Positions 9,297 through 16,122 of a DNA stretch of 32,000 nt are shown piece after piece; within the stretch, counting starts at the first letter, position 1; each line of letters opens with the position of its first letter. Made by a program: the position numbers and the translations under genes. This DNA comes from Crocosphaera subtropica ATCC 51142. Its GTDB lineage: Bacteria; Cyanobacteriota; Cyanobacteriia; Cyanobacteriales; Microcystaceae. The notes below the pieces were generated by a model. It did no database searches, was not told the DNA's origin, and saw only the letters and a program-made list of their open reading frames with translations. The stretch lies in the NCBI RefSeq assembly GCF_000017845.1, contig NC_010546.1, positions 1,380,001-1,412,000 on the forward strand. Reading direction: 5' to 3'.

Positions 9297-10349
9297 ATGA
9301 ATAAAAAGACTGATACTCCTATGACATCTCTCACCTCAGACTCCCATCATGACCTTCCTTGGTGGAATCGTCCTGTGATGGGAGAAGATAGTCTTGTAGA
9401 GGACTTACTGGGAAAGTTCAGTAAGCAAGAAGTCTCAGAAAGTGCGCTATTTTTGCATAATCGGGAGATGACCGATCTTAAAGTCTTTGCTAAAACAGCC
9501 GCAGCTATTGACAATGAGAAGTTTGGGCAAGAAGAGTTTTTGATCTTTGTGAAAATGCAGTATCTACTGCGTAAGGACATCCATGAGTATCAGGGACTTT
9601 ATGAGAGTTTACAACTGCTAAAAGTGGCTATTGATGCTAAAGATTGTTTTATCTCCATTGACCAAGCCGAATTACGGTATCGTGGGACAAAGCAACAAGA
9701 ATTTTATAATTTTGTGGAAGGTTTATTATTAGATCACGAAAATAAAGCCGTGTTTCGTGAACAAGTTCAAACGAGATTGGCTGACCTTCTACCCCAAATT
9801 AAAACAGAAGAAGGAAGAACTGCCTTACAAAACTATGCTAAATATCTCGATCAATTATCCGATAATGAATTAGGGTTAAAATTGTTGTCCCTGTTCAAAG
9901 CTTATCAACTGGCTGACTATTCTATTTTGCGGGTTATTTCTGAGTTGATTCAAAGTTTAGGGAAACGGGATTTATTAGACTTTAAGGGATTAGTTTCGTT
10001 GGTGAGAGTTAATTATGGTCTGTTTGAAAAATTACGGGAAATTATTGGACTCTCTGAACGACAAAGTACCCCCGAAACCTATGGGTTAATGATTCAGTTT
10101 ATTGCTTTATCTAATCGACACGGCATTTCTCATATGAAGTTTGATGACTTAATGAAGGTGATGCAAAAATGGTATAAACCTTATCAAGCTGTCTTAGGTA
10201 TTCGTCAAGAACATCCCCCCAGTGAATATAAACAACCGAAAGAATTTAAGGAAGCCATTCCAGGGGTCGAAATTTATGAAAAGTACAAGAAATGGTTAAC
10301 CGATAAGAAAACAGGTATGGTCTTCATCGATTTTGGGGATGAAAATTAA
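9297..10349 (+). CDS. Hypothetical protein, predicted all-alpha soluble
   Basis: 350 aa ORF with a strong SD ('agaggaga') about 8 nt upstream of the ATG. Coding-like composition, no TM segment, no motif I recognise. Confidence 0.7.
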   Translation: MNKKTDTPMTSLTSDSHHDLPWWNRPVMGEDSLVEDLLGKFSKQEVSESALFLHNREMTDLKVFAKTAAAIDNEKFGQEEFLIFVKMQYLLRKDIHEYQGLYESLQLLKVAIDAKDCFISIDQAELRYRGTKQQEFYNFVEGLLLDHENKAVFREQVQTRLADLLPQIKTEEGRTALQNYAKYLDQLSDNELGLKLLSLFKAYQLADYSILRVISELIQSLGKRDLLDFKGLVSLVRVNYGLFEKLREIIGLSERQSTPETYGLMIQFIALSNRHGISHMKFDDLMKVMQKWYKPYQAVLGIRQEHPPSEYKQPKEFKEAIPGVEIYEKYKKWLTDKKTGMVFIDFGDEN

Positions 10350-10377
10350 TTTGACCTTAATATCGAACCCTAGTGAT

Positions 10378-10407
10378 TTGACATACCTGATCGTAATATT
10401 TTAAAAT
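10378..10407 (+). promoter_or_regulatory. Candidate sigma70-type promoter for rplU-rpmA
   Basis: TTGACA (10378-10383), an 18 nt spacer, then TAAAAT (10402-10407). Lies about 125 nt upstream of the rplU ATG. Confidence 0.35.
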
Positions 10408-10530
10408 TAGAGATTGTGTGTCTGATTCGATGCTCGGATCAGGTTATGACATCGCTAAAAGCACAAAGCATAATCATCGAAGGTTTAGACTTTGGGCTAC
10501 CTGTACGGCAACCAAAACAAGGACAAAATT

Positions 10531-10887
10531 ATGAGCTACGCTATTATTGAGGCAGGGGGAACCCAAATTCGGGTTGAGCCTGGCCGTTTTTATGATATTA
10601 ATCGTCTTACTGCTAACGAAGATGGTTCCTATGTCATTGATAAGGTCTTATTAATTAACAATGATGATGAAATCACCATTGGACAGCCTTATATCGAAGG
10701 GGCAACGGTAGAAGGAACGGTTCTTGAAGAACGACGGGGACGCAAGGTCATTGTTTATAAAATGCGCCCCAAAAAGAAAACTCGTAAAAAACGGGGTCAT
10801 CGTCAAGAATTAAGTCGTTTAATGATTAATTCTATTAGTCTCAATGGTTCTGTTATTGCAGAGACAACCTCAGACAGCGAAGAATAA
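10531..10887 (+). CDS. rplU: 50S ribosomal protein L21
   Basis: 'MSYAIIEAGGTQIRVEPGRFYD...KVIVYKMRPKKKTRKKRGHRQ' is canonical L21. The ORF track's TTG at 10492 adds 13 non-conserved residues. ATG at 10531 is preferred. Confidence 0.93.
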   Translation: MSYAIIEAGGTQIRVEPGRFYDINRLTANEDGSYVIDKVLLINNDDEITIGQPYIEGATVEGTVLEERRGRKVIVYKMRPKKKTRKKRGHRQELSRLMINSISLNGSVIAETTSDSEE

Positions 10888-10926
10888 TCCTACAATAGAC
10901 TTAATATTACAAAAGAGATAACGATT

Positions 10927-11190
10927 ATGGCTCACAAGAAAGGAACAGGAAGCACTAGAAACGGAAGAGACTCTCGGTCCCAGCGACTCGGAGTGAAACG
11001 CTACGGTGGACAAGTTGTTAAAGCTGGCAACATTCTTATTCGTCAACGGGGAACAAAAGTTCACCCAGGCAATAACGTAGGACGGGGTAACGATGATACC
11101 CTCTTTGCTTTAATTGATGGGATTGTTACTTTTGAGTATAAAACCAAAAGTCGCAGAAAAGTCAGCGTTTACCCTGTAGCTGCTGAATAA
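10927..11190 (+). CDS. rpmA: 50S ribosomal protein L27
   Basis: '[48 protein letters not shown]' is canonical L27. Lies directly downstream of rplU. Confidence 0.96.
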   Translation: MAHKKGTGSTRNGRDSRSQRLGVKRYGGQVVKAGNILIRQRGTKVHPGNNVGRGNDDTLFALIDGIVTFEYKTKSRRKVSVYPVAAE

Positions 11191-11210
11191 CTTTAATAAC
11201 TTTAATCGTA

Positions 11211-11264
11211 ACCAGAGATCAGTGAACAGTTGTCAATTAAACTGCACTGATCTCTGGTGTTTTT
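11211..11264 (+). terminator. Rho-independent terminator of rplU-rpmA
   Basis: Perfect 14 bp stem: accagagatcagtg (11211-11224) pairs with cactgatctctggt (11245-11258). 20 nt loop, followed by gttttt (11259-11264). Lies 20 nt after the rpmA stop. Confidence 0.75.
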
Positions 11265-11364
11265 AAGATGAATCAACTAATAAGTTATACTCATATCTTA
11301 CACCTTCGATTAAATTTAGCTAGTTTGCAAGCGTTCAACTATCAGCCGTCAGCTATATTTCTAT

Positions 11365-12285
11365 TTATTTTCCTTTGAGAATTTTCTTAACTCGTTGCAA
11401 TACTTTTGTTTTGATTCCTGTCTCTGTTTTAATTAATTCTCCATCGTCTGGTACAGTTTCTCCGAGGTAACGATAGTGTTTCCAAATATCCCAATAAGGA
11501 CAACCTGGTTGAATTTTAATACCTGCCCAATGTAAATAATGAAGGGTTTGATTATTGCTTGGATCAATTAATTGATAACCATTTTGTTGAAAATGACTGG
11601 TTCCTGCCCAATTACCAGGGTTTTTTTCAGGTTCGTGGGCTAGATTAAACCGTTTTTCAACATTTTTTAAAATCATATAATTAATAATTGGCTGATCGGA
11701 GGTTTTATAAGTAAAGTCAAAATAGTCTATATTTTCTGCACATTCTTCAAAGATTTGATAAATTTTTTCTTCGGACATTAATCCTTTTTTTGATGCCCAA
11801 AATCCGCCGTTAAACATATCCCTAAGTTCACTTTCAGCAAAAACTTGATCATCAATTACTTTTTGAGAAAAGACATTACGAATTCCTGCTTTATGTTGAT
11901 AATCATAACAAATAAAATCATAATCTGTAAAATAATTTAAGTCATCAACTATTTTTTTGAAAACAACAATATCTGTGTCAATATAGAGAAATTCATCAAA
12001 TTCACCGAACCAACAAGCTTGTTTCCGAAATTGATTAGGACGGGCAAAAAAGTCTTCTCCAAAAATACTTTGTAATTTAATCGATAGTCTTTCAATAAAG
12101 TCTAAATCAGGATAAACAGTGACACCAAAATCTTCATTTAGTTTCTTAGCAATGATGTGATAATTATCATCATAGGGAATGAGAACAACCGGGGTATCTT
12201 TGTCATAAAATCGAATACTTTTTAATAGGGCGATCGCTTGCTCAATAACTTTATCATTAGCAGTAATATAAATACCACGGGTCAT
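11365..12285 (-). CDS. GT-A fold (GT8-like) nucleotide-sugar transferase-like protein, paralog A
   Basis: 306 aa. DxD-type motif 'FLYIDTDIVVF'. Shares collinear motifs with the upstream gene (ND.V..Q..ALL.SI / PYDDN / YD.QHK / SKK.L.SEEK / DQ..INYM / TSHF / YRY). 11 nt gap to the upstream gene. Confidence 0.55.
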   Translation of the reverse strand: MTRGIYITANDKVIEQAIALLKSIRFYDKDTPVVLIPYDDNYHIIAKKLNEDFGVTVYPDLDFIERLSIKLQSIFGEDFFARPNQFRKQACWFGEFDEFLYIDTDIVVFKKIVDDLNYFTDYDFICYDYQHKAGIRNVFSQKVIDDQVFAESELRDMFNGGFWASKKGLMSEEKIYQIFEECAENIDYFDFTYKTSDQPIINYMILKNVEKRFNLAHEPEKNPGNWAGTSHFQQNGYQLIDPSNNQTLHYLHWAGIKIQPGCPYWDIWKHYRYLGETVPDDGELIKTETGIKTKVLQRVKKILKGK

Positions 12286-12296
12286 CAGTTTTGCCT

Positions 12297-13292
12297 CTAC
12301 TTAGTTAATCCTAATTTTTTGAGAATTTTTTGTTTTAGGTTAGGCTTTTGTTGATAATATACAGCTTTTTGGTTAAATTGAGGTAATTTTTCTAGATCAT
12401 GATAATAACGATAATACAGGAATATATCTCGATAGGGAAAATCAATGTTTTCTCCTTCACATACCTTCCTAAAAATCTGTGAGGAAATACCAATATAATG
12501 AATATAGGTTAATCGATTTCCTTTATCATAAAGAATATTATTTTTATTTTCAAAATGAGAAGAGGTGACACAACATCCTGTTTTTTGATCATTAGGTAAA
12601 CTTAAAGCGAAATTATAAATAGAACAACCATGACGCATCATCATATAATTAATAACCGTTTGATCAGGTGCCATACAGTATAATATTTCTGCTTCTCCTT
12701 TTTCTAAGTAGTTGATTAATTCGTTTCTTTTCTCTTCGGAAAATAAGTCTTTTTTTGAGCCATAAAAGCCTGAGCAAAAAATTTCTGTTTTTAATCTTTC
12801 TTCTGGAAAAACTTTCGTTAACTTATTTGACTTAACATCATAAACATGGGTTAAATCTTTATGCTGAAAATCATAAATAATGCAATCATTTGTCTCTAAT
12901 TGAGCAAAAATAAACTCTAGAGGACTCATCAAAATGCTGTCAGCATCCATGTAAACAAAGCGATCAAAAGGACCATCAAAAGCACAATAACGGCGATGGG
13001 TTCCAAACCGATGATAACCCTTGCTTCCTGCTTTTTCCCAGGTTTGACGGGCTGTTGGATGGGTATCCCAAACCGCTTTAGCAAAGCTATCCCATCGCTT
13101 TATAGAAACAGAATCATCGTACAATGTGACCTGGGGACGGGATGCAATTTCTGCTGCCAACTTTTCTGTATTATCATCATAGGGATAAATACAAACAGGC
13201 ATTTTTTTGTCATAAATTGCTTCAATACTGTTCAGTAAAGCGACAATTTGATCGAAAACGTAATCATTCCCTAACGTACAAATTCCATCCAT
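12297..13292 (-). CDS. GT-A fold (GT8-like) nucleotide-sugar transferase-like protein, paralog B
   Basis: 331 aa. DxD-type motif 'FVYMDADSILM'. Paralogous to 11365-12285 (see motifs there). 21 nt gap to the upstream GT10-like gene. Confidence 0.55.
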   Translation of the reverse strand: MDGICTLGNDYVFDQIVALLNSIEAIYDKKMPVCIYPYDDNTEKLAAEIASRPQVTLYDDSVSIKRWDSFAKAVWDTHPTARQTWEKAGSKGYHRFGTHRRYCAFDGPFDRFVYMDADSILMSPLEFIFAQLETNDCIIYDFQHKDLTHVYDVKSNKLTKVFPEERLKTEIFCSGFYGSKKDLFSEEKRNELINYLEKGEAEILYCMAPDQTVINYMMMRHGCSIYNFALSLPNDQKTGCCVTSSHFENKNNILYDKGNRLTYIHYIGISSQIFRKVCEGENIDFPYRDIFLYYRYYHDLEKLPQFNQKAVYYQQKPNLKQKILKKLGLTK

Positions 13293-13313
13293 ATTTAATA
13301 ATAGTTAAACTAT

Positions 13314-14312
13314 TCAAAATTTTGTCACAAAATCAGATAACCAATTCATTAAATTAAGTTCATGAAGAATAATTTGTCTTGCTTCTGCGATCGCCGATTT
13401 TGCTTCGTGCCAAGCATCCAAACTAGCCGTCACTTCTCTGATATATTGTAATCCTTTTTCATCAAGACTCGGTAATCTTAAAAAGCTACCTGGTGGCAAT
13501 AATTTATCGGCTGCACTTCCCCCATAATAAATGGGTAAACACCAACATAACAAAGCATCCCATAATTTTTCGCTGACATACCATTCATTATCAGCATAAT
13601 TTTCAATGGATAAATTATAATAATAAGGAGCCATACCGTGCCATTTATTCTCTAAAGTGCCTTGACTATTTGTTGACTCAGGTAAATTTCTTCCATAAAG
13701 ATCAAACTCAAAATTATTATCCCTTAATAACTGTAAAAAACCCAGACGATGGCGATGATTTTCTGTGCGATTAATTCCCGATGTTATCCAACTACATCGT
13801 TTAACTTTTTCAGGAATATTGCCCTTATCTAAAAAGTCAAACTCATGGTTAATATACCAAATTGCCGGCATATAATCAGGATTGGGTGAAAAATTGTCTG
13901 GCCCTGAAACATAGCCACAATAATGACTGGCATCGTTATAATTAGCGCAGTTTCTGTTAACAACTTCTTCTAAAGGGGGTTCTCTTAATAAATACATGAT
14001 ACGCTCTTTAGGAACACCTCTGAGTAAAGAAGGAATATTAGGAGGTGAAACTTGAGAATTTCGCCATGATTTCCACCAAGGTTGAGGAGGAGAGGGTAAG
14101 GGAAAATCAAACTGATATAATAATAAAAAATCAGGATTAGGAGCATTTGCCAACATTTGAATGTTATTCCAAACGCCAAAGGCTTGAGGGGTTTGTTTCC
14201 ATAACCAATCTCGTCTATTTTGTAATCCTGAATAACTGCTTAGCATTCCAATGGTCTTTTGACTCACACAATCATTCCTCTTATTAGGTTCAGTTATCTT
14301 ATTAAGTATCAT
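13314..14312 (-). CDS. Glycosyltransferase family 10 (alpha-1,3-fucosyltransferase)-like protein
   Basis: C-terminal 'YNLSIENYADNEWYVSEKLWDALLCWCLPIYYGG' matches the GT10 motif (compare H. pylori FucT 'CFENSQGYGYVTEKI.DAYFSHTIPIYWG'). The true start may be the internal Met (MLSSYSG). Confidence 0.6.
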   Translation of the reverse strand: MILNKITEPNKRNDCVSQKTIGMLSSYSGLQNRRDWLWKQTPQAFGVWNNIQMLANAPNPDFLLLYQFDFPLPSPPQPWWKSWRNSQVSPPNIPSLLRGVPKERIMYLLREPPLEEVVNRNCANYNDASHYCGYVSGPDNFSPNPDYMPAIWYINHEFDFLDKGNIPEKVKRCSWITSGINRTENHRHRLGFLQLLRDNNFEFDLYGRNLPESTNSQGTLENKWHGMAPYYYNLSIENYADNEWYVSEKLWDALLCWCLPIYYGGSAADKLLPPGSFLRLPSLDEKGLQYIREVTASLDAWHEAKSAIAEARQIILHELNLMNWLSDFVTKF

Positions 14313-14709
14313 ACTAAACTTTGGTCAAGGTGGGTTTGAAGACGTTAGGATTTAGAAATTAAATTTACCGTTAAGCACTCTAACTAATAACTAAAATTGA
14401 CGATGCTATTCGTTTTTCAAAATAACTGATAGACGATAACAGCGATTTTCAATTGAGTGGCAAATCTAGGAATCTAACTCCTGCGGACTGCCTCAAAGCT
14501 AAAACGTTTATAGTCTATGGAAATGAAAACTGCTATAAATTTTGTCGAAATTTTGTTAAAGCATAAATTGACCAATGGTGATTAAGATAACAGGAAGCAA
14601 CAAGAGGGCGATCGCCAGCAATAAGATTATAGAATCCGTTAACTTTCGTCATTTTTTGTGTAGTTGATCTTTGATAGAATAAATATTAATTATTAATAGT
14701 TAACTATAG

Positions 14710-16122
14710 TTGAAACACAATAGACAAACATATACTTTTGACCGACGGCAAATCATCAGGCTCATCTTTCTGTCTGGAGTGATGATGGGTTTACCCCTAG
14801 CTTGTCATCGCTCAAAGACAAATATATCAAGCAAAAACCATAAGTTTGATTGGCAACAATTTGCAGGAGAAGAGATTTTCTTGTTACTCGATGATCATCC
14901 TTGGACAGAAGGACTCAAACCTTATGTATCAGATTTTGAGGCGTTAACCCATATTAAGACCAATATCAAAATAGTCCCTGAACCTGAATACTTTAAGGTG
15001 ATGGAATCTACGATTCAAGCTGAGACAGAAGAAGTTGATGCCTTTTTTTTACCGATGGATTCCACTGCCTATCGATTGTGGCGTAAAGGTCTATTGCACT
15101 CTTTAACCCCCTTGATTAATAATCCTCAATTAACCTTGTCGGATTATAATTTTTACGATTTTCCTGAGAACTTTCGGCTAGTGGGAATGTATCCCCCAGA
15201 AAGTCCTAATAGTGAATTATTTGGGATTCCTGCTACTTTTGAAGCCTATATTCTTTTTTATAATAAGATATTAATCAATCAATATTTGAATGGTCTTGTC
15301 CCCAAAACGATGACGGAACTGGTGGACGTTGCTCTCCAACTCAAGGAAATGGGAGAGGGCAAGTTTTTTGGGGCAGTTATGCGGGGAATCCCTTCAGATA
15401 CCATCATCGATACAGTTACGGGTATTCTCCTCAACCATTGGGGATCGCAGCCTTCTCCTTTACCCCATAACATCTGGTTCGATGGAGATTGGCAAAAACC
15501 ACGCTTAAGCGACCAACGAATTAGGGAAGGATTAAGAAACTATGCCAAACTAATGCAAGCAGGACCCCCTAATATTAAAGAGATGGATTGGCCTGAGGCT
15601 ACTCGTCTCTTCCGAGAAGGAAAAGCAGCCTTTTATATTGATGCGAGTCTGTTTGGACCAGACTTTGACAACCCAGAAGTATCGGACATAGCAGGAAATG
15701 TTGGTTATACGGTTTTGCCCCCTTCAGGAAAGACAAGTATGACTGGTCATTGGCTTTGGGGATTAGGGATTGCTCAAAAGTCAAAAAATCCCCAAGCGGC
15801 CTGGTTATTTATTCAATGGGCTACCAGTCAAGCCATAGAGCGCAAAATTAGCGTGGTTACTGGTGGCGCGCCTCGATTTTCATCTTGGGTTACACCTTCA
15901 GTGTACACAGAAGCCATGAATATTGATTATGCTTTAGCAGTGCAAACGGCCATGCGTACCTCCCGTCCGACGGTTGTTCTGCATTCAAATTGGAATCAAG
16001 TGGCTAAAGCCATTGCCACCACTATTCAAGAGATTTATGATGGTGCTAAGCAGGAGGTCGCTGTAGCTAAACTGCAAACCCAGATCCAGCAAATGATGGG
16101 TGGCTTCCCAGAGGATGATTAA
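14710..16122 (+). CDS. Periplasmic solute-binding protein, ABC family-1 (sugar-type), orphan
   Basis: 470 aa. N-terminus 'FDRRQIIRLIFLSGVMMGLPLAC' looks like a Tat-type signal with a lipobox-like Cys. 'AFYIDASLFGP' and 'GHWLWGLGIAQKSKNPQAAWLFIQWATS' are typical of SBP_bac_1 proteins. The TTG start directly follows an in-frame TAG. No ABC permease or ATPase gene is nearby. Confidence 0.8.
   Translation: MKHNRQTYTFDRRQIIRLIFLSGVMMGLPLACHRSKTNISSKNHKFDWQQFAGEEIFLLLDDHPWTEGLKPYVSDFEALTHIKTNIKIVPEPEYFKVMESTIQAETEEVDAFFLPMDSTAYRLWRKGLLHSLTPLINNPQLTLSDYNFYDFPENFRLVGMYPPESPNSELFGIPATFEAYILFYNKILINQYLNGLVPKTMTELVDVALQLKEMGEGKFFGAVMRGIPSDTIIDTVTGILLNHWGSQPSPLPHNIWFDGDWQKPRLSDQRIREGLRNYAKLMQAGPPNIKEMDWPEATRLFREGKAAFYIDASLFGPDFDNPEVSDIAGNVGYTVLPPSGKTSMTGHWLWGLGIAQKSKNPQAAWLFIQWATSQAIERKISVVTGGAPRFSSWVTPSVYTEAMNIDYALAVQTAMRTSRPTVVLHSNWNQVAKAIATTIQEIYDGAKQEVAVAKLQTQIQQMMGGFPEDD

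Noticed and set aside
9347-9580. 77 aa ORF antisense to the 350 aa hypothetical gene
   Set aside because: Ser/Arg/Leu-rich translation typical of an antisense frame. The sense ORF has a strong RBS and is far longer.
10492-10530. N-terminal extension of rplU from TTG 10492
   Set aside because: The 13 extra residues (MGYLYGNQNKDKI) are not part of the conserved L21 N-terminus. The canonical MSYAIIE start at 10531 fits.
10870-11064. 64 aa ORF antisense to rpmA
   Set aside because: Overlaps the highly conserved L27 gene on the opposite strand, so it is a shadow ORF.
12996-13357. Two plus-strand ORFs (80 and 71 aa) antisense to the GT-A/GT10 genes
   Set aside because: The AT-rich antisense frames stay open by chance and the translations are Phe/Cys/Ile-rich. 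The same reasoning applies to the same-strand alternative-frame ORF at 13985-14179.
14371-14380. CIRCE-like half site (ttaagcactc), considered because hrcA is in the window
   Set aside because: It has an extra base relative to TTAGCACTC, and no inverted partner GAGTGCTAA lies 9 nt downstream. No CIRCE upstream of hrcA or the rhodanese gene either.
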